From Mytilus californianus (Eukaryota), in NCBI RefSeq assembly GCF_021869535.1, contig NW_026262734.1:21762001-21826000 (forward strand): a DNA stretch of 64,000 nucleotides. The letters run 5' to 3'. Position numbers and translations under genes: made by a program. Below the pieces are notes generated by a model that saw nothing but the letters and a program-made list of their open reading frames with translations, ran no database searches and was not told the DNA's origin. This document shows positions 47,419-62,066 of this stretch, in pieces. How positions within the stretch are numbered: the stretch's first letter is position 1; every line of letters begins with the position of its first letter.

Positions 47419-48709
47419 TATAAGGATGTGAATAGGAGATCCTTCATTTCTGAATTTCTTTAATTTTTAACGTTTATTTTTCTCTATTCTTTATATTTTA
47501 TGCCCATTATTCTCTATTCCATATATTTTATCAGCCAGGGATGGGGTAATTGAAAATGTAATGGTAATTAAGTGTAATGCATTACAATTTTCCATGTAAT
47601 TGAATGTAATGTGTAATTGAGTATTCTTTTAATTACATGTAATGGTAATTTAATTAATTACAATGAAAAAAGCATGTAATGCTAAATTACTTTTGAATTA
47701 CATTTCAATTACATGCACTTTTATGGTGATAATGATAAGACATTATGTTAATATAAGTTGTAAAATAACATTTATTTTACAAATATTAATATATCAGGTA
47801 CATACTTTTTTAATACACAAGTCTGTAATTTTTCCCTATTTTTTTTTCAATGTTATTTATTTGACATACAGAATGGTTTGCTCAATACTCTTATAATTTG
47901 AAGAAAAAAAAGTGAGAATCACACAGTTCATTTAGAATTTTTAATCACTACACAATCATTTTGTCAAATTAGTATACACAAAAGGATTATAGAAATAAAA
48001 TTATCAGCTGTAAAAACAAACAGCAATTAATCCGATTAAAATGTGTAATAAAATAGCCTAGGGACAATGCCACAATTGCATGTATTTTATCTAATTAGCA
48101 AAATATTGCTAATATTTAGTCATTATACATTGTTTGTACTAAATATCATTTTCAATATTGTGACAAGAATACTTTTTAATAACGTCAAGTAAAAAAAAAA
48201 ATGGAGACATTTTAAAATTTATTTATAATTTTTTAATTTATATGATGTTTAATTTAATTACTTCATTTCTGAGATGTCAATAAATCCCTCAATGTATTGG
48301 CAAGTTAATAAGAACAAATACCCTCTTCTATCAACACATCATATGATCTAGCAATACATGCCACATCAGCTCCTGTCGAAAGACTATTTAGAATTGCTGG
48401 CAAAGTGTACAGACCAAAGAGATGCAAACTAAATGACAAAACATTAAAAACTTCAAATTATGATCAAATGCAATGCTAAAACTATGTTGTAAGCTTACAT
48501 GAATCTTTTTCATATGCTATAAAAAATATTGTTTAAAAAAATTATGATTAAATGTAATGTGTAATTTAATTAATAACTTTAGTAAAGTAATTGTAATTTA
48601 ATTTATTACATTTCAAAAACTGTGTAATGGTAATTAGTGTAATTGATCATTTTTGCAATGTAATGTGTAATTTAATTAATTACATTCCAATGTAATTGAC
48701 CCCAAGTCT

Positions 48710-49197
48710 TATTGGTATGCAATTGTATAAGCATTAGCACATCTCATTTCCACGGAGAATATTTGGCCCTGCCCCCTCAGTCATGGTCTATTGACTTTGA
48801 AACTTTTGCTTAGTTAACATGTATTCTTTTGTGATTAGATCAGTTTTAGATGATATTTGGTATGCAAATTTATTGGCATTTGCAAGTCTCGTTTCCATGA
48901 AGATTATATAGCCCCACCCCATCATCATGGTTCATTGACTTGGAAACTTTTACATAGTTGACAAGTTAATGTTTGTGTTTAGGTTTGTTTAAAGGGAACG
49001 ACTAAGGATAAGTCAATGGTATTTGGTATGCAGTTGTATTAACATTGGCATATTTCATTTCCATGGAGATTGTTTAGCCATGTACATTCAGTCATGGTTC
49101 ATTGACTTTGAATATTTGCATAACTTACATGTTAAAGTATTGCTATTTTAATTTAAACATAAATTGCATTATCAAATTTACAAAAAGGCGAGACATA
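48710..49197 (+). mobile_element. Partial copy of the HINE at 51251-52075 (intronic)
   Basis: Same ttggtatgca...tccatggaga repeat units and aaaaggcgagacata end. Confidence 0.75.
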
Positions 49198-49499
49198 AAA
49201 TCAATTTTAGCAATGAGCAACATCACAGGTGCCACATTTTGAGCAGGATTGGCGTACCCTTCCAAAGCACCTGAGATCACCGCCCCTTTTGGTTGGCTTC
49301 ATGTTGTTTCTTAGTTTTCAATTTGGTGTTTTGTAGATTGTCGTTTGTCTTTTTATGGGTTCCTTTTTTTGCCATGGTTTTGTCAGTCTGTCTTGGACCT
49401 TTGAGTTTCCAAAGTCCTTGTTGGATCGTCCTCCTCTTTTTTACTACCAATTCTTGATATTTACATGATTTAGTTTTGCACTCTTTATATGTTTTATAG

Positions 49500-50574
49500 G
49501 TTTATTTACACAGAAGAAAATAACATCACCAATGAAAATATTCATGACATGATTTATGTCGCAGACAAATACATGATGGATGAATTAAAGGTCAAATGTG
49601 ATCACTTTCTTAAAATGAAAATGAATGAAACCACGGCAGTTGCAATTTTACATACAGCACACAGTTTCAATTTAGAAGAAACTATTGATAAAGCTATGTT
49701 CATTATATGCTGCAAACCAGAGGAATGCCTTTCAACAGCAGAATTTATTCGTCTATCCAGGCGATGTGTCGAGATGATTTTGAAGTGCAATGTAATGATT
49801 TGTCTAGAGGAGTTCCTGTATGACGCGGTTCTAAAGTGGGGAGGACATCAGTTGGAAGAGAAAAATCTAGAGATGAATGATAAGAATGTAAGAGATGAGC
49901 TTGGAGATCTTTTATACCTTGTTAGGTTCCCAATCATGAAACAAGATTACTTCTCCAGACAAATTTCCACCAGAGATATCTTAACTAAAGACGAAATAGT
50001 CAATGTTTTTCAATCATTTAATGATCAGCAATTAACCAGTTGCAAGTTTAGAACAGAGAAGAGACTTCCAAAACCAATACCTTTCTTCAGGTGTGAGGTA
50101 AACAATAATCGCAACGCCAGATGGATAACCAAATATGATGATGACTTAGATTTCAAAGTTGACAGAGATTGCTTTTTAAAAAGTGTGATCATATTTACCC
50201 CAAGGGTGACAGGTAAGACCTTGCCAGAGTTAAGCCCGACCATCCTCATAACATCCACTGAAGGAAATAACCTGAGACCCAAAACAAACTGGATGGAGAA
50301 ATTGGATTTAACAACATCAAGTGTGCATTCAGAAACTGTTACCCATGTGTTTTATATTCCAGTACCAGTCAAAAAGGAAGTAAGATACACCATTCATTTC
50401 ATGATGGACATTTCAGCTAACTTTTTTTTCTTTAACACAGGTAAAGACTATAGACCTACAGTGACTGTAGATGATATTACAGTTACCTTTCTTAAAGCAA
50501 ACGCACAGAGCCAGACAGATGTCAATCAAGGTCAATACATGGGAATTGAACTTGGTAAAATAGAATATACATAA
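49500..50574 (+). CDS. BTB-BACK-PHR protein coding exon 2 (spliced product 440 aa)
   Basis: ttttatag|g acceptor joins LLQ-FIYTE; ADKY, BACK helices, LVRFPIM, and a PHR-like C-terminus ending GQYMGIEL. Confidence 0.92.
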
Positions 50575-51250
50575 TAAGAAACTTTCAAGTATTTCTTAGA
50601 GAGTATATAACAGTTTATTATCTCCCTTTGAAGAAATTGCAAAGTGAGACATTATCTTAACCTATTATGAAGTGACGGCATCCTCGGTACCTTATGCTAT
50701 TTTTAGTAAGGTTCATTTCAGAATAAGTTGTTATGAAACATTATTGACTGTTTGGTACATGTATAGGATTGTATCAGTATCCAATTAATGTTGCATCATC
50801 ATTTCTAGCTACATGTATATGTATGAAGCCAGTCTCTTCCAGGTCATGCTATATAGTGACTATAGAAATGTATATTTTAAGTTTACTGATAAGGAAGGAT
50901 TATGAAGATTGTATAAATTTGATATATGATATGCTGTTACATACATGTAGCATATCTAAAAATAAAAGATGTTTAGTGTATAACTGCATCATAACTAACA
51001 TGACTAAATTAACATTTTTCAATGTTTTTGATTATAAATCATGTAAATAGCACAATTGCATCTTCTATAAATACGGTATCATTGCCCATATATATTACAA
51101 ATCATATATAGATAGCTTTGTTGAACACTCAATGTGGCTCTTTGTGGGCATTAAATACATTCATAATTGATAGCCTTATTGAACACTCAATGCGGCTCTT
51201 TGTGGGCATTAAATACATTCATAATTGATGTGCTATATATACATACAACA

Positions 51251-52075
51251 TTTTTGTCTCGCCTGAATGGAGTCAAAAAGCGAGACATAGGTATGCTATT
51301 TCCGTCGGCGGTGGCGGTGGTGTCAACAATGTATTTATAGTTTGTGATTAGGTCTAGTTTATGGTGAACCACTAGTGGTAGGTCAGTGATATTTGGTATG
51401 CAGTTGAATTAACATTGGCGCATCTCATTTCCATGAAGATTATTTGGCCCTGCCCCCTCAGTCATGGTCTATTGACTTTGAAACTTTTGCGTAGTTTACA
51501 TGTATTAGTTTGTGATTAGGTCAGTTCAAGGGGAACCATTAGTGGTAGGACAATGTTAATTGGTATGCAATTGTATAAGCATTAGCACATCTCATTTCCA
51601 TGGAGAATATTTGGCCCTGCCCCCTTTGTCATGGTCTATTGACTTTGAAACTTTTGCTTAGTTTACATGTATTAGTTTGTGATTAGATTAGTTTAAGATG
51701 AACTGCTAATGTTAAGTCAATGATATTTGGTATGCAAATTAATTGGCTTTTGCAAGTCTCGTTTCCATGGAGATTATATAGCCCCACTCCCTCATCCTGG
51801 TTCATTGACTTTGTAGCTTTTACATAGTTTACAAGTTAATGTTTATAGGTTTGTTTAAAGGGAACAACTTATGACATGTATGATAAGTCAATGGTATTTG
51901 GTATGCAGTTGTATTAGCATTGGCACATCTCATTTCCATGGAGATTGTTTAGCCATGTACCTTCAGTCATGGTTCATTGACTTTGAATATTTGCATACCT
52001 TACATGTAAAAGTATTGCTATTTCAATTTTCAACATTTGCATTATCAAAATTACAAAAAGGCGAGACATATCTTT
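51251..52075 (+). mobile_element. Full HINE/DINE-like element
   Basis: 5' tgtctcgc/gcgagaca inverted pair, (GGCGGT) microsatellite, about 130-bp tandem units, 3' gcgagaca subterminal repeat. Confidence 0.75.
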
Positions 52076-53819
52076 ATGTTAGCTATAATGTGGTCATAAT
52101 GTATGAAGTTTCAGACAATTGATTGTTATTCATTTGTTATTTGCCTAAGCTTAACATTACTTTATATAAATTATAAACAACTTTGTAAGCTTAACTTTTT
52201 TGTATTGGTTGTTAAGAATTTTGTTATATATGTCTTCTATTTTTTGTGTTGCTTACTCGTTGATGTAAACTAGCAACTCATTTACAAAAAATCTTACGAG
52301 AAAATACTCATATGTAATGAACATTTCAGTATTATTCTTGCGATCGGTTTTTGTTGTAAGACTTTTTATGAAAAGAGCCCCTGACATCTAACTTTAATCA
52401 TAATTATTTATACATTTATTGTCATGATACTTTGAATACTATCTTAATTGATGAAAACCAACTTATATGTCTTCTGACAAAGCTGATGTGATAACATGGT
52501 TCTTTATAGTAATCATTCAAAATTTGAAGGCTGAAATTTCATTGACCTATGTAATAACTTCCAAAAAGTACAACGGATTGTTGTCAGGTTCTTGTAAGCA
52601 AAGTGTGGACATAGGATCTGTGTTTTGATCAGATTGCATTTCATTGATGCTAATGACAAAGTACTTATTAAAGACAGTGCTGACTATAAGTACTATAATT
52701 ACAGCAGTACTATTTCACTGTGTACATTTACCTAATATGTCAAGGTTTTCTTGTAACATGAGCAAAATGATGAATGGATTAGCTAAAGCTTAGCCTAATA
52801 AAAAATTACTTGAAATAAATAGGCCAGGTTTTTTCAGTTATTTTGATTGGCTACTGATATTACAATTACATATGCATTGCTGTTAAATAAGATATAAGGT
52901 AATCATTATGAACAGAATATTTATTTCATGGATGACCAAAGAAACAGGCAAACTTTAATTCATTGTTCGTTGTACAGATTCAGATAGGTAAGCTATAAAG
53001 CACAATGTTGAATATTGCTGCTAAAGCATATTAGGGATAATTTTTACATCAATTATTTTTCAAAGCTATGTATTTTGTAGTAACAGTGATCCTATATAGA
53101 TTTTATCGTTTGAAGATGGACAGTCAGTGTCTAATGAGTTTGGTGCAACATGGGGTCTTATCTTTAACTTGTTCAAAAAAGGGGGACAAATGTAAAAACT
53201 GTATGATGTTAACTACAACAGTTATAGTAATATTTGATACAGTTATCCAAAGAAAAATATGAAACTAACATGAAAAAGTGGATGCCTTTAGGACATTCAA
53301 AATCACTGTAACATGTGTAAAGGAAGAGAATAATAAATTAAATTTTGTATTTTTGATAGAGAGTGCTAATTATTTATCAACTCCATTTTGTAATTTCTTT
53401 TGGAACTTAGTTTGGTGTCTAAATTTGTTTTAACTGATGAGGTAAATCCTGTGAATTTGACCAATATGATTATCACTTGTTAGTTTTTATATGTAAATAT
53501 ATGATTTTTGCATGTTAAATTTTGCTTTACAAGAATGTAAAAGTTCTTGCTTTAATATTAGTTAATATTATTCTTGTAAAAATATACATTTCATTCACAA
53601 GCTTCTAGAATGTGATTTATAAAGAGGTTAACATGTTTTACCCATATTTTTTATAAGCATAATTTCAATGATAATTTTTGTGAGTTGTTGAAACAGTTAT
53701 TTTACTTCCTGATGTTCTTCCTTTTAAATTTGGTGAAAACTAGTTAAAATCTGTGCTTTTAAAAAGTTATAAAGAATCATATAATGTGATTAGACGAAGT
53801 GCAATTTACTTAATTCTTT

Positions 53820-54594
53820 GTAAAAGATGGGCGAAAGATACCAGAGGGACAGTCAAACTCATAGATCGAAAATAGACTGACAACGCCATGGCTAAAAAAG
53901 AAAAAGACAAACAGACAAATAATAGTACACAAGACACAACATAGAAAACTAAAGACTAAGCAACATGAACCCCACCAAAAACTGGGGGTGATCTCAGGTG
54001 CTCCGGAAGGGTAAGCAGATCCTGCTCCACATGTGGCATCCGTCGTGTTGCTCATGTTATTACAAACCTGGTAAAATAGTCTAATTCGGTAGGTCACATT
54101 CGTGAAAAGGGAAGGGAATTGTAGTTATGACATAAGGAACATATCCGATATCATCTGTGAAACGGTTTTCCATAATGGTCAACCAACTTGTGATGGCGTC
54201 TGTAAAATTTACGAAAAGATGATTTCAACTTCACCATTTGGAACTCTTGGTTTAATAGCTTCCTTGTGAGCAGCAACCTTCTATCAAGGAAATCATGATA
54301 GGAAACACAAGCCCGGGAATATCGTATCAATTGGGAGATATATACTCCGTATGCAGGCACTGCTGGAATGTTGCTACATAGAAATGGAAAGTTCACAATT
54401 GGGAAGCTGAAATCATCTCTTTTGTCATAAAGTTTTGTTTTCAACTGACCCTCATTGTCAATTTCTAGATGTAACTCAAGATATGAGGCAGACTTAACTG
54501 TATCTGATGTATCCTTTATCTCTAGTTCGATGGGATAGATGCGTTCAACATAGTCACAAAATTTTAAATTATTTAATGAGATAACATCTATGTA
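53820..54594 (-). mobile_element. 5'-truncated Naiad-type PLE: RT palm/thumb (54151-54594) plus 3' UTR
   Basis: YID(D missing)VISLNN...ELEIKD...KTKLYDKRDDFSFPIVNFPFLCSNIP...AYGVYISQLIRYSRAC; no endonuclease follows the RT. Confidence 0.85.
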
Positions 54595-55962
54595 ATATGA
54601 GTGTTTTCTCTGAATTCTTTTAGTGCAATATTCAGAGTTTAGTCATTGTGTACAAAGCAGAGTTGTTTCAAACTACATTTTTTTAGCATACATGTACATA
54701 TTAGTTACACATGAGGTCATATTTTTATTAAACATCGGCATTATTATTCCAATCAATTTTGTTTATCTTTATTATTTTGGCTCGACAACAAAACTTATCT
54801 AACCTCAAAATGATCTATAGATTCAGTTATTTTTGTGGATTGAGGAAAATTTAAATATTTGATTCACGGTTTTCAAAAGTCTGCATACAAGCCTATAGAA
54901 AATTTGTACTTCATTGAACTTTTAATTTGGTGGTTAACCTTTACCCTCTAAATCCACAAAAATAGGAATCCCACAAATAATGAATCCATGGTATTTGATG
55001 TTCTTTGTTATGAATGCAAAAAAAATGGTATGTATGCACAAATTATGTATGGTTCATTAAATCAAAGAAAGTATACATTCTAAGTGTAAAACCCTAATCA
55101 TGTTTAGTTGGTATTCCAATCACTTCCTTGAAATAAGCCCGGGAATATCGTATCAATTGGGAGATATATACTCCGTATGCAGGCACTGCTGGAATGTTGC
55201 TACATAGAAATGGAAAGTTCACAATTGGGAAGCTGAAATCATCTCTTTTGTCATAAAGTTTTGTTTTCAACCGACCCTCATTGTCAATTTCTAGATGTAA
55301 CTCAAGATATGAGGCAGACTTAACTGTATCTGATGTATCCTTTATCTCTAGTTCGATGGGATAGATGCGTTCAACATAGTCACAAAATTTTAAATTATTT
55401 AATGAGATAACATCTATGTAATATGAGTGTTTTCTCTGAATTCTTTTAGTGCAATATTCAGAGTTTAGTCATTGTGTACAAAGCAGAGTTGTTTCAAACT
55501 ACATTTTTTTAGCATACATGTACATATTAGTTACACATGAGGTCATATTTTTATTAAACATCGGCATTATTATTCCAATCAATTTTGTTTATCTTTATTA
55601 TTTTGGCTCGACAACAAAACTTATCTAACCTCAAAATGATCTATAGATTCAGTTATTTTTGTGGATTGAGGAAAATTTAAATATTTGATTCACGGTTTTC
55701 AAAAGTCTGCATACAAGCCTATAGAAAATTTGTACTTCATTGAACTTTTAATTTGGTGGTTAACCTTTACCCTCTAAATCCACAAAAATAGGAATCCCAC
55801 AAATAATGAATCCATGGTATTTGATGTTCTTTGTTATGAATGCAAAAAAAATGGTATGTATGCACAAATTATGTATGGTTCATTAAATCAAAGAAAGTAT
55901 ACATTCTAAGTGTAAAACCCTAATCATGTTTAGTTGGTATTCCAATCACTTCCTTGAAATAA
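54309..55962. repeat. 826-bp near-perfect tandem duplication
   Basis: aagcccgggaatatcg at 54309 and 55135; at least one difference seen (caactgacc vs caaccgacc). Confidence 0.9.
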
Positions 55963-56344
55963 ACTGCATTTATGTTAACATGGGAAAATGATTGAAAGAC
56001 CTAATTATTGATTTGTATCTGTCATATCAATATACATGTTCTTACAGATAGTCAATACTTAACAACTTCATATTCATATATTTTTTAAGAATTAAGATTT
56101 ATAACTGAGATCATGAGTTCTAGTAATGGAATTACTGTTTGTATATATATAGCTGTTGTAAAGTGTTTGTGAAATTTTATATAATGAATATATGCTGCAC
56201 TTGTTAAAAAGATTATGAAAATTTTTTTCAGGAATAATGCATAAAGAAATAAAAAAGATTATTTTGAATCTTGTGTTATTCTACCTTTATATATCTATTG
56301 TACTCATTTTTTGTCCCTATTATATGTTCTCTTGCTCAAAAAAC

Positions 56345-56610
56345 CATGGTAGTCTTATGGTCGAGTTTTCTGCAGTACAGGACATCATGGGTTCGATTCA
56401 CAACAGATTTATTATATCAAAGACTTGAAAATTGATATTTGCACTTCTCCACCAGCACACAGATTTAGGAGTAAGAGGAAAGACTAGTTGGGTTGGAGTC
56501 TGAATAGGATGAAATATTTACCTGTTCTCTTGTGAGCTAGTATATTAATAATCTGACACAGTGTGTCAGTCTAGTACAAAACAGGGTATAATGATATCTC
56601 ATTTAAACAT
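56345..56610 (+). mobile_element. tRNA-derived Meta-type SINE, degraded
   Basis: gggttcgattc B-box, then aaaattgatatttgc...taggagtaagag.aaagact core. Confidence 0.55.
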
Positions 56611-56920
56611 GTTATCCTCCTTAATATGCATGTTATATATTTGCTGATGGACATTAAGCAGATATTAATCTATCAATCAATATTCTGTTGTCAATCATCA
56701 CATAAACATATACATACTGAAGACCGTACTTTGACCTATAATGGTTTACTTTTACAAATTGTGACTTGGATGGAGAGTTGTCTCATTGGCACTCATACCA
56801 CATCTTCTTATATCTATTAACTAATATAAATATAAGAAGATTTTTTAAAATTTTTAATGAGACAACTATCTATCTGAGACCAAAGGGTTATAGGATGTAA
56901 ACAACTAGAGGGTGCTAAAC

Positions 56921-57262
56921 TGCCTCGGTGGTCTTGTGGTAGCATTTTCTCCTCGACCACGAGAGGTCTTATGTTCAAACTCTTGCATGGTCAATCCAGA
57001 CTTTAAAATTGGTATTTGCTGCTCCTCTGCTATGCAAGTGGCTTTAAGGAGTAAGAGCAAAGACTGGTCGGCTCTAACAATGGGTGACAGGGTCTTTCTG
57101 TGGACTGCTACCTTGTGACCTAGGACGTCAAAAGTCCAACTCAGCATGTCGGTCTTGTTCAGAGCAGGGTTAATATTTATATTACATGTTTATGTTCTCT
57201 TCCTGAATATGCACTTAATTTGCCCCTAGATGTTAAACAGACATCCATCATCATCATCACTA
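56921..57262 (+). mobile_element. tRNA-derived Meta-type SINE
   Basis: A-box-like ggtggtcttgtggtagc, core aaattggtatttgctgctcctctgc...aggagtaagagcaaagactgg, (CAT)n tail. Confidence 0.6.
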
Positions 57263-60200
57263 TAGGGTGCTGTACTGAGGTATATGCTTTATTTGGTTAC
57301 ATCTGATATTTCCACTTCAACAAAAGTAAGGCCTGGTTACAATTTGGAATTTTGATTCTCATACAAAATGTACCCAATCTGCTGGTTCTAATTACCATAC
57401 TAGTTTACTTTTACCTTTACTGAATTATTCAGATAAGTGGTTGAAGATATGGAATCTATGACAATTTCAGCTTTTGTAAAGTGAAAATAAGATATTTTCT
57501 TAATATTTGTACTTCATGTTGTAAACTTACTGGCTTACATTTTGTTTTATGTTTCTCAAACTCCATCAAAAATAGTAGTCAGAGGATCTGTATACCTCTC
57601 ATGATTTTCATTAAACTTAGTTCATGCATTTATGCTGCATATTTCCTATGTGGCTTGGATTATTATCTCATCAGGACAAAGTTGTCTAATACATGAGTCC
57701 GTTAACATATGTGCAATGTGTGCGTTCTACAACTTTTTATTTAAATGGTACAGCTTTTTTGTTGTTTATTTGAGGCTTCTGTTACTTTTATGTGTCTATA
57801 CAGTAATGAGAGAGGATGATTATAGATGTAGGTTCTGATTGTGTGTCTGTATGTCACACTCTTGTTTATGCCATACTTTTAGTAAAATTACTGTGCTCAT
57901 TTAATTTTATACAGAAGCTTTATAATGGAGTAATTTGGATGGTAACTAGACATAAGTAATTTGTTAAATATTTTTGGGGCAAATCTTAGCAACTTAGTAT
58001 CATGTTGGTAGAAGAATAATATTAATATTTTGAATTGAGTATTGTTGACAGGATTGAGTAAATTTTGTGTATGAAGGTTGCTAATATAAATATCTTTGGT
58101 AATTGGATGTGATGGAAGCTTATTGAATATGTTTGGAATAAAAATCACTCAGATAAAAAATTGCCTTTCTCTATACAAGAAGTATATTTTATAAAAGCCA
58201 AATATGGTCAATATAAAAAGTGAAAAGGCTGGTTTTCAAAATTTATTTATTGTATAATAACTATATGTACTAAACCCACATGTAAATGCTAAATAGAACA
58301 ATCTCTAGTTGTTTGTCACTGAGTAAACATGTACATATAAATTCAAAATAATGATGAGATCTGTTTAACAAAATTGATCTTCAAAATTCCTTAACAAGCA
58401 AGCACTGCAAGCAAAGTCTGATCCGGCATAAAAAGCACTATGATGATCAGAAATATATGTAAAAATATAAACTCTTTTTATGACATGTATGATACCTTTT
58501 ATCAGCGTCTGAGCATTGATTTTATTTACAATAGATAGTGCTATGCAGTTTCCAGCCTCTATTCTGTTCTTTGTTCTCATTTAAAGGGACTGTAAATAAA
58601 AGGAATTTGCTTTTGAAATTCAGAGAAATGTTAACATGTCTTTTAGTTCAGGGCCTTCTTGATTATTATGATATTAAAACTGACTATCATTAAAAGAAAT
58701 TAATGTGTCAAATTTATCACAAAAGTCATTCAGCCTATTACCTGTATAGATGACAACAAACCTTTATTACTGAAAATCAAAACATCATAAAGCCCATAAA
58801 CTTAACAAAAAATAACAGCACCTAGTAATAAACATAAATTCTAAATGCATAAAATTAAAGTATCAACAATTTCATTGATCAAAACCATTTTTCAAAAAAT
58901 TTTAAACAAATTCATTTTAATTGTCCTTCTGTCCTTTTACTTATACACCAATCAACTTGTCTATATAATTGTGCAAAACAAAAATGTATGAAACATGAGT
59001 AAATATGAAATTCACCTATATTCCTCTTCCAATATTTTTCTGATTATTAATATATAAATTTGCCTAATTTACTACAGACAGGTAATCTCAATAAAACATG
59101 AAAACAACACTTTATAAATTTCATGCATCCAAAGAATTTTTCTAGATGTACTTTCATCAGGAACGCCCAAAGCCAAATATTTAAAAGCCAAGAGTGTACA
59201 ATTGTTAAATTTTCTAACAGTTTTCAATTTGCAGTATTAAATGATTATCTTTCTTTAAATAGAGATAGTTCTAACCAATCCCTTCTAAAAGGAAGTATTT
59301 ATGGGTCATTTACTTTATACCATTAGTAGTTATTGAAAAAAAAGGGGGGGGATCACCTGTTTTCAAATCTATTTAATTCTGAACATATTCATCACACCAT
59401 TCAAATTATAAGCCTGGTATAATTGATGAGTTTTTCCATAACATGAAGAATTGGTTCATTCAAATGTTATACACAAAATTACCCTGGTGCAGGATATTGT
59501 AAAAGCAATCAATGAAATATATCATCAAACATATCTTTCACCAAATCAAACATTGTGATTAATGGTATACCTGAATAAACTTTGTTTATGTATAATGTAA
59601 ATGGCGCACAAAAGTTAAATGTTTTCCAAAAAAATGCCCTTTCTAAAATTTATAAAAGTTTATTCTTTCAAATTGAATTCAAAATATAGGTCACCATTAT
59701 ACATTTCTATACTGTTTTAAACTCCATCATTTATATCTATCTCATTTGAAGAAATCATTCTTTTATGAGAGAACTCAAAAACTCAATAGTAGAAATTTAT
59801 TAGTTGAGAATGATCTGTTCACCAAACATTTCCCAGATAAAAAAACGGGTACATCCATTCTTATTTTCTTGATATTTACGCACACATGCAAAGCTGTTGT
59901 TTTCATGTAAACAAAACTCAAAATTGTATACAACCATTATAAGCTGCCTACCATTGGGCTGTTGTTTCTATAGAAACCATCTCATATCCCAATAATTCTA
60001 AACCACACATATATCAAACAGTATACAGAGAAAATACAGGGGAGGGAATAAATCCATCATCACTCAGAATTAAAATAAAATTTCAAATAACAATAAAATA
60101 AAACTTGTCACAATATTTACAAGTAAATGAGATTGAATCCTTCACAACATTGAATATCATTCTTTCTTTGTTTAAACAATAGCAACATTTTTATCACCTT

Positions 60201-60519
60201 TCATGCAAAGCAATTTCTTTTGGCACACAAATTGATAATTAAATTCAATTAATATTGAAATATATTTCAAATTGGAATATATACAATAAAACAATAGGAC
60301 TGTAACAATTATACATAAAAATCATTTAATCTTAGGCCAGTGTTCTTACAGTCAACGATAATGAGGACCCTGATCTGTTTATGATCCACAAGTTTTTATA
60401 CAGCTGCACTGACTTGACGGAGTAAGACTAACAGGCCAATAATTAAGCATCATTTAACACATACAGATCTTAGAGAATCATCAGAAGTCATCAGATCAAA
60501 TTTTACCATTACCATGTTT

Positions 60520-60720
60520 ACAGGTTTTAAATAAATGTTACCCTGAATTGCTATGTGAGATTAAATTCCTGGGATCTAGGCCAGAGATACAGATTTTTAA
60601 ATAAACCTTAACCATGAATTGTTTTGTGAGATTTATTTTCTGGGATCTAGGCCAACAGTACAGGTTTTTTTATAAATCTTATCCTGAATTGTTATGTGAG
60701 ATTTATTTTCTGGGATCTTT
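60520..60720. repeat. About 71-bp minisatellite, 3 copies
   Basis: c(c/a)tgaattg..atgtgagatt....tctgggatct at about 60542, 60613 and 60683. Confidence 0.8.
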
Positions 60721-61991
60721 GAAGTTTACCAATACTTGCTATACTTGTTACAGTTCATGAAATTAATGTTACCTCAATACAACAACATTATGTTATCCTA
60801 AGATGTCTGCCCTATGAGGAGTGTATATTTATTAACCTTTCTCGAAATTTTCAATGGATTTCCTTATCCTGTAAATACTTTTTTTTTAATTTGTGGAAAT
60901 AGGAATTCATGGATTTCATTTTCTTTAATAAAATTTTAATGAGTTAAAACTTATCAATAACTTACTATTTTACTGCTACAGAAGAGAAATTGCATGTAAA
61001 CAGTCTTTCAATAAGTCAATAAATTGACAGATAGCAATCTTGATTCAAAAATTACTTACTTTGACATTACTTTTTTATACAGATAATTAAGACGGGGGAG
61101 GAGTCTCAGAAAAGTCACCAGTGATAAAAAAAGTACATAGTACATAGTGATATAATAAACACAAAAATAATACTGCTGTTAATTCATGACATATAACCAG
61201 CTTGGGTTAACAAAAATAAGCAATAGTGTTTGAAATAAGATAAAAACAAATGCAAATACAAAGTAGACAAATATTTTGTTTAACTTATAAAATGACTAGC
61301 ACATATAACAAAGGACTTAGAGTACCACACAGTTTCTTACTTCACTTGAACTTTATTCATGAAATACTTATTTTAATGGATTTCAAGATTTGTTACAAAA
61401 AACTCAATGAACAAGCAAATCTTCAATAATTATTGATGTGATTGTGTTTAAAGTTTTAATTTTTAAAATGGACATGCAAACCAATTCTTGATAAAAAAAA
61501 TTATGAAAATTGGTGATTTATTGAAAATGGTTTTCACCTTTTTTATAAAGTTGACAAAATACTGAAAAGTCTTTGGTTTAAACTATGAATAAAATCTGAA
61601 TACATAAATATAGATAATAAAAAGCTCTTAGGATAATTTGTCATACAGAAGCATCATTTAAAAATAGCTGAAAACAATATCTTCTCAAAAACAATAACTT
61701 TTTTTTCTGAGAATTAACCTGAGGGAGTGAACAACAGAATTATTGCATAGCATGTTTGATAACTTGTTTGGTTGAATTTGATTAAATTTCAGTAAATGTA
61801 TTTCGGTAATAAGAACCTCCAATGAAATGAAATGGTCTTTAAGCTATAAATTTTTAAACAAAAAATCTGGTTCATGTCAATTTTGTACTATGCAATGTTG
61901 AGATTTCTAAATGCTCCACTGGTACAACAGACTGTTATGTAAGTGTATTCAAGAATCCCTGGAATGTTAAGATTGTCTGGTCTCCATGAAA

Positions 61992-62066
61992 TCACAAGTT
62001 GCCTCTCGCTGCTTGGTCAATTTCTATGGCTTCAAACAATGATTTGAAGTTCCCAGCACCAAAACC
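61992..62066 (-). CDS. HPD: 4-hydroxyphenylpyruvate dioxygenase, last coding exon (rest of the gene lies beyond the window end)
   Basis: ttttag|GFGAGNFKSLFEAIEIDQAARGNL*, the conserved HPPD C-terminal motif. Confidence 0.92.
   Translation of the reverse strand, partial: GFGAGNFKSLFEAIEIDQAARGNL

Noticed and set aside
51121-51230. 58-bp tandem duplication downstream of the BTB stop
   Set aside because: Real, but an ordinary local slippage event with no structural signal.
53434-53458. CTGATGA followed by a short stem
   Set aside because: No GAAA core or helix III/cleavage triplet follows.
53810-54097. 95-aa ORF MTYRIRLF...
   Set aside because: Chance ORF in the PLE 3' UTR repeat; other copies (18405, 49230) do not preserve it.
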